A stretch of DNA of 63,755 nt, the filler included, from Ministeria vibrans ATCC 50519 (Eukaryota > Protista > Filasterea), in assembly GCA_943704425.1 (NCBI GenBank). It is 8 parts of 8 records of this genome, joined end to end, with 100 filler letters (N's around TTAATTAATTAA, not from the genome) between each part and the next. Parts side by side here need not be neighbours in the genome. Positions count along the whole stretch, not along the records: positions 1 to 16,809 come from CALSCP010001335.1; positions 16,910 to 23,263 come from CALSCP010001883.1; positions 23,364 to 27,959 come from CALSCP010000578.1; 5 more parts are not named here. One strand, given 5' to 3'. The translations under genes and the position numbers were made by a program. How positions within the stretch are numbered: position 1 is the first letter of the stretch; each line of letters opens with the position of its first letter. The notes beneath the pieces are model-generated. The model searched no databases. It saw only the letters and a list, made by a program, of their open reading frames with translations, and was not told the DNA's origin. Below are positions 11,701 to 23,513 of the stretch, one piece after another.

Positions 11701-14700
11701 GCGGTACTCACGCTCGAGATCATCAAACGACATCTTGATCGTCGGAAAGTTGACACGCTCCACCTGAGGTCCGTCCAGACCATCTTCACCATACAGGAAC
11801 TGCACCACTTCACCAAGCGAGTTGCGCACCGTCCCGTCATACTTGACCATGACGTCCTCCATTGCCTTGATCAGTCGACGCTGAATGTAACCCGTCGACG
11901 ACGTTTTCACGGCCGTATCAATGAGTCCTTCGCGACCTCCCATAGCGTGAAAGAACATCTATAAAAAAATTAAAAAAATTTAAAAAGACAAGTGGATGAA
12001 GTTGATAGGGGCGCAAAAAAAAAATTGGTACCTCGCTTGGGGTCAGACCCTTTCGATAGGAGTTCTCGACAAAGCCCTTAGACTGGGGACCAAAATCGTC
12101 CTTGATAAAATGGGGAAGAGAGCGCGAGCGGAAGCCAAACGGAATGCGCTTTCCTTCGACGTTCTGCTGACCGACACACGCAATGACCTGCGCAATGTTC
12201 ATCTCACTGCCTTTGCTGCCGGCCGTTGCCATCAGTTTGAAGTTGTTGAAGCGCGACAGGCTCTGGTTTGCGTTCTTTCCTGCATCTTCACGAGCCTTGT
12301 TCAACTAGACGAACGAAGAGAGACGGAGAAAATTAGCATCACCAATACAGCAAGAAATAAATTAGTATAATTTTATTATAATTATTATTGTTATATTTTC
12401 TTACCTGCTCGTTAATCTGCTGCTCGAATGTCTCCACCAGAGTGTGTCCGGCCTTTTGCTTCATCTGGCCGTTGCGCGCCTGCGCAATGACAGCGTTGAC
12501 CTGTTCAAAAAAAGGAAACAAGTTTAGTCACAAAAGTGTAATTATTGATTCATCTTCTTCTATTCTTCTACCTCTTCTTTTGCTCTGTCAATGGTCTTTC
12601 TAATGACCTCCACAGTGGACTTGTCGGCGACGCAGTCCTTGACGCCCACCGAGTGGCCCTCGGTCATGAGCCAGATGTTGAGGACACGCTGGATGGCGTT
12701 GATAAAGTCAACGGTGGCCTCCTTGCCTCGGTCACGGTAGAGGACGTGGATGAGACTGCCACCACTGGCGCCCAGAGTGCTTTTGGAGAGAATGCCGTAG
12801 AGGAGCGTGCCGTTCTCAATCATGAGCTTGGTGTCGCCGGCGGACATGTGCTTGCGGATGGGGTGGTCGTTTTCGGCGTGGTCGTGCGTCGAGTGGTAGC
12901 GCACAAGGTTGATGCCATCGGCGATCATCATGGAAATGATCTGCTTGCCGGACCACAACAGCTTGGGCTTGTAGATAGCGGGCGCCGGGATCTTGCCGTC
13001 CCAGTTAGGCAGCCACATGAGCAGCATCATGCACATTTGCTTGTCGACAAAGGTGTCGCGCAGTGTAAACTTTTGCGCGGCTGACAGCGTGTCCTGCACA
13101 ATGCCCATGACGGGACTGTTGCTCTTGGGCGTGAGAATCTGACGGGGCACCATCATAATCTCTCGAATCTCGGCCTTGGTCTCGACCGATTGAGGTGCGT
13201 GCAGATTCATTTCGTCACCGTCGAAATCGGCATTGTAGGGCGACGTGACCGACAGATTGAGACGGAAGGTGGACCAGGGTAGCACCTTGACACGATGGCC
13301 CATCATGGACATTTTGTGAAGAGATGGCTGACGATTGAAGATGATGGGGTCGCCGTCCTGAAGATGTCGGTACACCTAAAAATACAAATAATTAATAATA
13401 AGAATAATAATAAAATAAAAATAATAATAAGTTAATAATTATTATTAGTAATATTAAAACGGAGTCGTTTGAGAAGGAAAAGATGGAGAGTAGAAGTTGA
13501 ACAGGTTGAATGTAGGGATCATGGTGTACCTTGCAGCCGGGAGTGAGATGAATGTCGCCCATTTTGGCATACTTGAGGTCGACAAGGACGTTGTCGTCAC
13601 GCAGAATGTAGTTTGCACCGGGATGTTCGCTGGCGCCGCGCTGGACGAGACTGGTGAGGTAGTCGACGTTGAGAGAGGTGACAATCTCGGGAAAGGTGAG
13701 GTTGCGCGCAATTGAGGTGGGCACACCGACTTCGTCGAGCGACAGATTGGGGTCGGCTGTGATGACAGTGCGCGCCGAGTAGTCGACACGTTTGCCCATG
13801 AGGTTGCCACGAATGCGACCCTCCTTGCCCTTGAGTCGTTGACGGATCGACTTAAGCGGCCGTCCCGACTTCTTCTGCGTCGCCTTTGGCACACCAGGCA
13901 TCTCGTTGTCGACGTACGTCGCCACATGGTACTGCAGCACCTTGAGATCCTCCTGCAGCTGATGTGCTGCCGCCCCATTGCGACCCTGCGTCTCCAGCTT
14001 GTTGTTCACCTTGATGATGTCGCGCAGCTTGTGCGTCAAGTCGTCGTTGCTCACGCCCATGCTCTCCATCATGATGGCCGGACGCACAGCCAGTGGCGGC
14101 ACCGGAATCACCGTCAGAATCATCCAGTCGGGGCGACCGTACTGAGGGTCGAAGCTAAAAAAAAAAAAGAGTAACGGTGAGAACGGTGATAATAAAAATA
14201 ATGAAAAAATAATAATAATAATAATTAATGTTATTATTTATTGTTATGATTAGTATCATTATTATTAGTATAAGACAAAGTAGTATTAGTATTATTAATG
14301 TTATTGTTAGTATTATTGTTGTGTTTACCCCATAAGAAAGGACTCTTCGTCTGAGATGCACTTGAAGATGCTGTGGACACGCTCGGCTGTGAGTGGCTCA
14401 GTGGCCTCGCCCGCGTGCGCCGGGTCTTCCTCGTCGCGCTTCTTGTTCCACTCAATCTCAAGTGCAAGCGGGTCGCCCTTGACACGTTTGATCTAGGAAT
14501 TTGAGAAGAGAAAAACAAGAGTTAGAGAGTAAATTATAAGAGTTACAAAAATGAGAGAAAACAAAAATGTAAACGATGGGTTCTTTTTTTTTTGACAAAG
14601 TGTCGTATATATACCTTTGGCTGGTAACGGCCACAACCGCCGTGCTTGGGACGACCCTCGGAGGACGTTGTGTCGTCCTGGCAGTCGTGAATGTTGCGAC

Positions 14701-15326
14701 ACTTGTCGTAGATGTAACGGAAGCGCGCTTTGGCGTTCTTGGTGCGCAGCTCTGCCTTCTCTTCGGGTGTCAGGGTACATAGGAGTTTGGAGCAGAAGAA
14801 ACAAGTGCAAGAGATGACCTACGAAAAAACAATGACGTGAGAAAAGACGCAAAAATGTAATGTTGTTGATTTACCTTTCGCACAAGAACCAACATGCTCA
14901 GGTTGAAGACGGGACAGGTGAGCTTGAGTGCACCAAAGTGACCTGGGCAGATGGTGTCGTCGCTGAGGCACGTCGTGCACTTGTGCATGCGGTCAATGGT
15001 GCCCATACGTGGGTCCATCAGTCCGTTGGGCTTTGGAATTCCATTTTCAATTGTCTCACTGGTCGTCACCTAAACAGAGAGAGAGAAAGAAAGAAAGAAA
15101 AAGAAGAGGGTAAGATTGTCTTTTCTCAAGCACATTGCTGTGTCGTTGTGTCTACGTACCTCACAAACGGCCATCTGACAAATCTCCTGCAAAAAACGAC
15201 AACAAAAAACGTTTCACTCTTTGTCCTTGTCTCTGTTCTCTGTACCTCCGGGGACAAAATTCCAAACTGCACATGATGAATGCGCCGGATGGGGGCTGTG
15301 CTCTCAATAGCCTGATCTCGAGACAT
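8794..15326 (-). CDS. RPB1: RNA polymerase II largest subunit with heptad CTD, multi-exon
   Basis: CPGHFG zinc motif; [17 protein letters not shown]; catalytic [11 protein letters not shown]; [13 protein letters not shown]; YSPTSP[GST] repeats at about 8905-9265. Confidence 0.98.
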
Positions 15327-16403
15327 TTTCTACAAGAGGGAGAGCAGAGAGACGTGAGAGAAAGCGTGCGATCAGACACGGAAAGGGTCCCTTTGCGATT
15401 TTTCTGCTGTTCTGCGCTTTTTTCGACACCCGCTTCGCATTTAAGCGACTTATAAGCACATGAGGAGCAATGTAAGAGCCAAACGCGAGACAATTCGAGC
15501 GCGATAAAAGCACAAATCGCCTTGAAATAGTCAGTTTTTCTTCGGCTCTTTGCCAACCCCTTTTCGTTTGCGCGCATCAAACGGCGCGCTCGACCAGCAC
15601 ATCGACTGCAACAACCATGGTCCACCATTTCCCGGCAACGGCGCACGCTATAGCGTGCTATAGGGGTTCTGAAACGAACATGAACGTTTTTTTTTTCTCG
15701 TTTGCCCTATCCGCAGAACAGAGGCGTGAAAATCGCCAGTGCATCAATGCGAACGGCCTGTGGCGGTGCAAAAATGCATGATCCGAGTAGCAAGCGAGCA
15801 GAGATGACAAACGAAAGTATTTTTTTTTTTTTTTCCTCTCTGCTTCAAACCTGTTTAGCGTGCAGCGATGTAGTTCGAGACGCTTAAACAGTCTTGTTGT
15901 TGAGACTTGAATGAGAGGGAAAGAAAAGTGAAAATAAAATTTTCACTTTTGGCAATTGTGAATTGGCAGAATCAAAAAAAGGTTTGTTTGCTACTTACTG
16001 CAAGGTGCTCACGCTTCTTGCCAAGTTCTTCTCTCTCTCAGTCTCTCTTGAATCTTGACTCTTGACTCTTGATTCTTGATTACCTTGAAACTTTGCAGTT
16101 TGCTCGCTCAAATTAATTGCAGCAAGAATAAGTCTTAATCATCATGAAACTACTCACAAACAACCGACAACGCTCGCTCTTTCTTCAGAGACAACCAAGA
16201 TAATGTACTGTTCTTTTCATAATCTCTTTAGTCTTTTGCCCCGCCGTACATCAAAAAAGGCCGCAGCCTGCGCGTCAACGCGAAGCGAAAATCCCACAAA
16301 ATCTGACTTGGAAATCACACTCAATGGACATTTGTGATTTGGTCTTAAGCCTTTTTTTTTGCACTTGGCCGAGTCCGCTTAGTTTACACAACAGACTAAC
16401 AAG

Positions 16404-16426
16404 ATGGGTCGCATGCACTCGCCCGG
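16404..16426 (+). CDS. RPS13: First exon of 40S ribosomal protein S13 (uS15); remainder lost in the contig break
   Basis: ATG GGT CGC ATG CAC TCG CCC GG|GTAAGG = MGRMHSPG, the conserved RPS13 N-terminus, followed by a canonical donor. Confidence 0.8.
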
Positions 16427-16809
16427 GTAAGGCCCCCTTGCGCCCCGTTGAAGCATCCTCAGTCGTGTCCGCTGCACACACGTGCAAGTTCTCACTTCCC
16501 GGCCGCTCCCGCCCTCCCCCCGTCGCCGTACACCACTGCAGCACACCCGTCGCTTCCATTCTTGGCTTTTCCCGCCCCCTACCATGTGCCAAATGGTTTT
16601 CTGACTGGTTCACTGTTGAAAAAAAAAAAAAAAAAAAAAAGAGAGCAGATGAAACGTCTGGCACACGCTGAGGCCGTCTTCTTCAGCCGAGTACCATACC
16701 CACACGCCCGCTGGCCTGTGTGAACCCCTCACTGGCGCGCTCAATCGATGGGAAGCGCTGCAAGAGCGCCTTGCAACCCCACTTGCATCAGCAGCAGCAA
16801 AGTCGCTCC

Positions 16810-16909
16810 NNNNNNNNNNNNNNNNNNNNNNNNNNNNNNNNNNNNNNNNNNNNTTAATTAATTAANNNNNNNNNNNNNNNNNNNNNNNNNNNNNNNNNNN
16901 NNNNNNNNN
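16810..16909. other. Artificial contig spacer (N-run + TTAATTAATTAA + N-run); also at 23264-23363, 27960-28059, 38097-38196, 51586-51685, 59145-59244, 62302-62401
   Basis: Same 100-bp structure seven times; linker has stops in all six frames. Confidence 0.97.
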
Positions 16910-17019
16910 GGGATGCGTCGACGGGGGCGCGAGTGCGACGATTGCGCGGCCACACGAGTTTTGTCAATGGCTGCGCCACCTCACCGACTTTGTCGCGCGG
17001 TGCGCACCTTATGGCGACT
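16910..17019 (+). pseudogene. Truncated WD40 exon resembling U5 snRNP 40-kDa protein (SNRNP40)
   Basis: (W)DASTGARVRRLRGHTSFVNGCATSPTLSRGAHLMAT resembles SNRNP40 WD..TGERVKRLKGHTSFVNSC..RRGPQLVCT (recalled); similarity stops before the expected SDDG and the frame soon hits TGA. Confidence 0.6.
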
Positions 17020-17083
17020 TTTTTCTTGCGCTGCGCTGTACCTGTCGCGTCACTTGGGTGACCATTCAGAAGCTGCTTATGGG

Positions 17084-17303
17084 TGTCGTTGGATCGTGGA
17101 CTTGTTGAGCAGCTCAACATGTGTCACCGCTGTTTGTGAATGTCGTTGGATCGTGGACTTGTTGAGCAGCTTAACATGTGTCACCGCTGTTTGTGAATGT
17201 CGTTGGATCGTGGACTTGTTGAGCAGCTCAACATACATATGTGTCACCGCTGCTTGTGAATGTCGTTGGATCGTGGACTTGTTGAGCAGCTTAACATGTG
17301 TCA
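17084..17303. repeat. 57-bp tandem repeat, about 3.8 copies, with an internal palindrome
   Basis: Units start at 17084, 17141, 17198, 17261: TGTCGTTGGATCGTGGACTTGTTGAGCAGCT(C/T)AACATGTGTCACCGCTG(T/C)TTGTGAA. Confidence 0.95.
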
Positions 17304-17654
17304 TCACACAGCGGAAGGTGTATTTCTTCGGGAGACATGCGGCATTGCCTTTGCCTCAGCTGCGCACTTTTTTTTTGCTCGCTGTACGACAGTCTGGTGA
17401 TGAGGATTGCCTTGGACGACGACATTGAAAGGCGCCGTTCTTGTCTTTTTGAAGATGCGCCGTCCTACAAACGACGACTTCGACACATTAACCAACGAGC
17501 ATTTGAGAGAGCAAACAACGATTGAATGGCGATTGTTAACACTGCGTTGTCTTCAATTGTATCTGGTTATTGTAAAGGAAAAAAAAACACACACACACGT
17601 ACACAATCACTCTCTCTCTCTCTTTCTCTCCCAGTCTCAGTCTCATTTTCTCTC

Positions 17655-17775
17655 TCAGACGCGCGACTTCTTCTTCTTATACTCTTCCTCTTCCGTCACT
17701 GCCAGTCGCTTCAGCCGCTTTTGCGTGGGCTGCCGCGCTCCACTCGGACCACTGTTGCCCATCTCACAGTCTGTG

Positions 17776-17806
<31 letters not shown>

Positions 17807-20800
17807 AGACGCTCGGGGGCAGCGTACAGACGACAATCTGTGTCGGTTGCACCAGACTCCAGTAACCACTGTCCTTGTCAAAGTGGACGCGGTGCGCATT
17901 AGAAGTGCGCGCACGCCTGCTCTCCGCCCCACTCATGTTGGGTACTGCAATGCGCACAATGGGAAAACTGGGGTGCTGCCAGCACAACTCAAAGGGTTCG
18001 CCAAACGCGTCGACCATGACACAGAGCAGCAAAAAGCCTAGCGTGTAGCTAGTCCGCACGCTCTGCGGTGCGTTGCTTTCCCCGCAATGCGCCAAAATGG
18101 CAAGCGGCAGTGTGTGCTCGCGCGCGTTCCTCGCCAAATTTTCGTCCCCAAGTGCACACGCAATCTGTAACACAAACTGTTCGTAGCGCTGCGACCGGAC
18201 ATGCACCATGGTGGCCAGGCGTATCGCAACGAGTTCTCCATATTGCTTCAACGTCTGCTTTACGCTATGCGTATCATTTGTTTGCCACAGCGCCAGCAGC
18301 CCGGGCACAATCTTGGTCATCTGCACACACAGCTCCATCAGTGGCAGCCTCTCCGTCGGCGACCCCCTCTCGATCTTCAACATCCGTTCCCATCCAGCGG
18401 GGCACGTCCGTTCGCTGACGACGCCCGCCGACGTCGACGGACCAGCTCGCCCTGCTTCACCTTGATCGACTTGAGCTGCCTTCTTCGCCATGTCACACAC
18501 TTGTTTGACCAAGGCCTCCGAGCAGCTGACATGCGATGTAACCTGCGGCACAGCAGACGACGCAAGAACAGAAGGAGGAGGAGCAATAGTTCGCGCGAGG
18601 ATCAACTCGAGCGGTGCCACTGCCAGCGTGCGCGTGAAAGCCTGGTCGGCCTTGCGCATGTCCTCCTCCATAACAGTCCATGAGCGGCGAAGCTGCGCCC
18701 GCACCACCATGCCCCGCACCATCCCCTGCACGCTACTCATTGCCTCCATGTCTTCCTTCATGTTCTTTGTCTTCTCCAGCTCCTCCACTTTTTTCTTTGT
18801 CGAATCCACAAGGTTCAGCATCATGAGACACCTGTCGCCCAGCTTCTTTGCAGCATCCTCGGGCAGCTCATCCGGGCGCATGTGGGCCAGCGCACGAATC
18901 AAGCGGTTGCGCTCCAGACGCAGACAACGCGCCAGCCCCTTTCCCCTCCGCATGTCTAGCCCTGACTGGTGTTTGCAGATTTCGATGTCAACTGTGTGCT
19001 TGTGATACGTCGTAACAAGGTGCTCCGAGAAAATCACTGGCAGACACTGGCGAATGGCAGTGACAATCAGCTCAAGAGAAATTGCACACAACGTCTCCTT
19101 CTCCTCGAGGCCCTGACGCTCAGCCTTTTGCAGCCGTTCTCGGGCGACTTTGCGATGCTGGTTCACGGCGCGCGTGATTGACTCACACAATACCTCCTTC
19201 TTGCTGTAAGCCCCAAAAAACGTGCGCTCCTGGAAGTTTTTCAGCACACTTGCCATCTCCTCAAGGGCTCGCTGACGCCCATGGCCACACGTGCCCTGCG
19301 TCTGCAGCTCAACCATCTTCTCCGCGACTGACCGAAGATTCTCCTGGGGATCCTCCACCTCCACAATCTGAGCGACCAACACCTCGTCAATGGCGCTCGC
19401 GACCATCTGGCCCAACACCTTCCGCTCAAACGACTCCACAATCCCCTTGATGTTGTCAAAGACGCTCCCCGCCAGGCTCTCGCCGTCCGTGCAATCACGG
19501 TCAAGGTCCATCAAAAGTCTGTACAGCGTCGTCACGCCATCAGCGCTGTCAAGATTGCCCGTGTAGAACAGGTTTTTGACGTTTTCTGCCGCTTTGCTTC
19601 GAGAGAGTGCCACCAGGCGAGGCGGACGATTCGCCATCAAACGCATGGTCCATGCATTGCATGCATTGAAAAACGGGTGAAACAGCATAGCTTTGCTGTC
19701 TTGCGCAAGATATTTCGAGGGATTGTCGTCAATCTGCCTGTCTTGTACCAGATGGGTCGTGAGCACCTCTTCCGCCTTTTCATACATGGCTGCAATGTGC
19801 CGCGGCGTCGCCAGCAGACGGTTCTTCTTGGGCGTGTGTGCAGATGACTCGCCAAGCAACTCCTGCACCTTGCGGGCAATCGGCAGGTTGTCGCCACCAA
19901 CTGTTGCCGCCAGGGTAGACTCGCTTTGCACGGTCTTCTCCACCTCAACGACCGTCTGATGGTATTTCTCGAGAATCGCAAGGAACATGCGTGCCGTGGA
20001 GTGCTCATGCAATGTTGTATCCCGCTGCGCCCGCGTGTGAATGTGCCGAAGGACCTCGGGCACACCCGTGTTGTGTATATTGGTCATAAGCTGATCGTCA
20101 ATACTGGCACCGCTGGTGCTGGTAACAAGCGACGAGAAAAGGAGCGGGAAGGCATGCAAAAATTTAACCTTGTGCTTGAGCGACTTCAGGATGCGTCTCT
20201 CACGCGCTTCCTGATCCTGATTCACCTCAGCAGTGCTGCAAACGACCTTCTTCACAGCGGTCTTCAAGTCCTCCCAGCATAGCTTCGCCCACTGATTCCT
20301 CTCGCCAGTCTCGTCGCACTGGTCCTTCTGGTCTAACTGCTTCGGTACGTCCTTTTCAGGGTACCACACAAATGACAGGAGCGGGAAGCCAGTACCCGCA
20401 AGATCATTTTCAAAGTGAGGTGCGACAAGATGCTCGTGGATAACCGAGGCGAGCGACTTGCAGGACAACAGGCGCTGCGGACAGACTACAATGATGTGGT
20501 CACTGTCATTCAGCACCTCGGCGAGCGTCGACACCTTCTGGGCGTCTGAATCGTTGCAGCCGGGCGCGTCGACAAGCTCCGTGTTCCATTCGCGCAGCAC
20601 CGACGACGGCACAAACACGGTGATACGCTTGAAGAAGAGTGCGTCTTCGTCATCAAGGAGCGTCTTCAGCGTCTCACGCAGGTACAGTCGGTCGTGCACC
20701 AGGTTCTTGCCGAGCGTGCGCAGCAGACGATGCTTGCCAAGAAGGTGGATGCGATCGGGGTGCACCACATCACGTGGGTCGAGCTTAAACCTGTCTATCA

Positions 20801-22537
20801 GCGCACGGTCAATGGGCCGGGGAGCGGGTGTGAGGTCGAGGTCACAGTTGGAGTCCGTGTCGTCGATGGCATCGTCAACAGTATCGTCGACGTCGCACCG
20901 ATCGAGCACACGCATGGTCACGGGAGCCTCCGTCGCTGTGGCCTCGCTCGACTCTGGGTTGACGTCACTACTACTCGTGCCGGCATCGTTGACGACGTCA
21001 CTGCCATCAATGTTGCTCAAATTGGGGTACGAGCAGCTGCTCGGCGGCTGCATGGCGCGTCTGATCATGTCGACAGTACGCTTGCCGCTGGAAAACACGC
21101 TTGTCTCCTTCACCTCGCCTGCCTCCACCGCCTCCCAATCGATCTGCGTGCAGTTGAGGTGCAGGTCATCAATCGAATAGTGCTCGACAACAGCCTCAAA
21201 GCGGCGACCAGCACGCACGGCAATGGGGCAGCGTGTGGTAGAGGCAGTGCCTGCCTGGCTGGGAAGCACGTACGCGCCGGAACCGTCTGCGTGCCCGACT
21301 GTGTGCCTGGCGTTGTTTCCCGTGGCATGCGTACGTATCGCCGCCTCAATGCTCTTCTCCTTCTCTAGTATGCCAGCGTAGTGTTCGTTGTGCAGAACAA
21401 AGAGTCCAGTGCTCTTGTCCATGACCGACTCGGGTGGGTCCTCAACGGCGTCGCGAACTTGTCCTTCGACATCGACGAGCTCGTGTGCACCCTGCCCCTC
21501 ACGCGCTTCCAGCAGCTTCTCCAACATGACGGCACCCTCAAACTCCAATGCGTCGGTGTCGTGAGCGTTGCCTCGCTCGTACTCGTAGGGCGTCAGCGAC
21601 GATGCGCGCAGCAAGGCATTGAGGAAAAACGACTTGCCCTGGCCGTTCTCGCCGAGCAGCGCCGTTCTGGTCATAGACGAGGCGGCGTGCTTCTGAGACG
21701 TCGCTGCGCATTGCGGTTGAGCTACACGCGCTTGAATGTCGCTGACGAGGCTCTTGGCCACATCGCCGAGGGCATCCTCGATGTTGCATTCCATGCTGTT
21801 GAGTGTGTCGCACAGGTCGACTGCCTCGTCGCGAACGCACGCCGACACGCCTGACATGCACGTTTCGGGGAGAAGAGCCTCCAGGGTGGTGGGTGTGCAT
21901 GTGGATGTGGTGGACGCCTCTCCGTCTGCGCTGCTCGTCGCATCGCCATCGCTCTCTCCGTTGACGTCGTCGTCGTTGACGTCGTCGTCGTTGCCATTCT
22001 CTGCGTCGCCCTTGTTCGACGCAGCATCACAAACCGAGACCAGTGGCAGCGTGTTGAACTGGGAGAAGTCAAAGGGCACGGCAGAGTCGTTGTCGTAGCC
22101 AAAGTCGTGTCGGAAGGTTTTGAAGAGAGCTCTGTGACCAATGCCGCCCACCTCGCAACTGAGCCTCTTTTGATCGAGATCCTTTCCGCGAGTGAGAGGC
22201 CACTTCGAACCGGCGTCTAGGAGCTCTTGCTTCGAGCGACGGGTCCGAAACGCAAGGTAGAGCTGAGATGAAAGAAGTATTATTATTTGGGCAATTGGAG
22301 ACTTCGTTTCTGATGGCAGCTCACCTTGTACAAGTTGTATCTGATGGTTGTTTTCATGCGGGATCCTTGCTTGGAGTTTTTCACGTACTTCATGTCATAG
22401 TCTGCTACGGACATCCTGCGCACCTCGACCCAGTATTTCTTGTGGCGCGCGTAAAATTGGGTTTCCACCGTTCTCGGCGACCGGCGGAGCATGGACCTCG
22501 AGTACTCCATGGAGTCATTGGAGCGGTTGTCATTCAT
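17655..22537 (-). CDS. Large dynamin-superfamily (NUGGC/SLIP-GC-like) GTPase, about 1600 aa, with one predicted 62-bp intron (22263-22324)
   Basis: G1 LLGENGQGKSFFLNALL, G2 LPS..ASTTRCP, G3 LVDAPGCND; long helical region; upstream exon MNDNRS..YNLYK|gtgagc..tctcag|LYLAF joins the 1498-aa ORF in frame. Confidence 0.75.
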
Positions 22538-22927
22538 GTTCTGGTCTTTGTCGAAGCTCAACAGAAACCGAAATCGACAGACCTACAATACCAGGGATTA
22601 TATATACATTATACATTAGATCAACTCCCAAAAAAAGTTCGACCATTTGAAACACGTCGAAAAAGATGCTTGTAGATTGAGGCAGCACTGAATGCTGACT
22701 CTGAGGAAGTCACTCATTCAGTCACACACTCACTGCAGTCGTGAAGCGTCATTCACATTCCCTCGTGCTTGTGTTTGAGGAGTGGGTCAAGTGGGGCTGG
22801 TGTGCGACTGTGCGTAGACTGTATTGCAATTTGTATTGGGGGAGGAGTGGCTTACAGCAAGTGGATGAAAAGCAGAGAGGAATAAAAGTGTCGAAAAATT
22901 GATTTTGATTTGGCTTTTATATCGCTT

Positions 22928-23005
22928 CACATCGTCACATCGTCACATCGTTAAAGTCACATCGTCACATCGTCACTCGTCACATCGTCACATCGTCACA
23001 TCGTT
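22928..23005. repeat. 8-bp tandem repeat (CACATCGT)n
   Basis: About 9 near-perfect copies seen directly. Confidence 0.9.
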
Positions 23006-23513
23006 ACACCATTGTACCGTGACGTTCTTGCATTCGTATACTCGCATTTAACTGTGGTGGGAAAGCAAAACGATGGAGGATTGATGGAAGGAGCGCAAGA
23101 GGTTGTGTTCGACTCTTTGTTGATGTGTTTTATGTGTTCCCAGAGGTCCAGTCGTTTAACTTTAGATTGTTCATTATTGAGTTGGTTCAGTACACTCCCT
23201 CCGTTGGACGAGCGCTCACTCGTTGATTTCGAGATCTTGTGCAAGGAGTCTGTCGAATTCGTANNNNNNNNNNNNNNNNNNNNNNNNNNNNNNNNNNNNN
23301 NNNNNNNTTAATTAATTAANNNNNNNNNNNNNNNNNNNNNNNNNNNNNNNNNNNNNNNNNNNNACAGAACCACACATACAGACACACACACACAGCACAG
23401 ACACACAGTGAGGCACAAATAGTAGTCTCAGAACCACACATACAGACACACATACACACACACACACACACACACAGCACAGACACACAGTGAGGCACAA
23501 ACAGCTACATTAC

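Noticed and set aside
9898-11964. Long antisense ORFs opposite RPB1 (also opposite RBM28, the RCC1 gene, XRN1, ORC3 and the GTPase)
   Set aside because: Shadow ORFs expected from GC-rich codon usage; no recognisable motifs
16854-16865. Recurring TTAATTAATTAA as a biological motif or piggyBac TTAA site
   Set aside because: Always centred in a 100-bp N-run; it is a concatenation linker
17084-17303. CRISPR-like array (palindromic repeats next to a large NTPase)
   Set aside because: Units are contiguous and near-identical with no unique spacers; no cas genes; eukaryotic context
17017-17400. Alternative reading DFFLALRCTCRVTWVTIQKLL as an F-box tail fused after the SNRNP40 break
   Set aside because: Only a faint resemblance, no start codon and an early stop; cannot be supported without a search
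22996-23263. Orphan minus-strand ORF end as a transposase fragment
   Set aside because: Too short, with no catalytic motif; left unassigned
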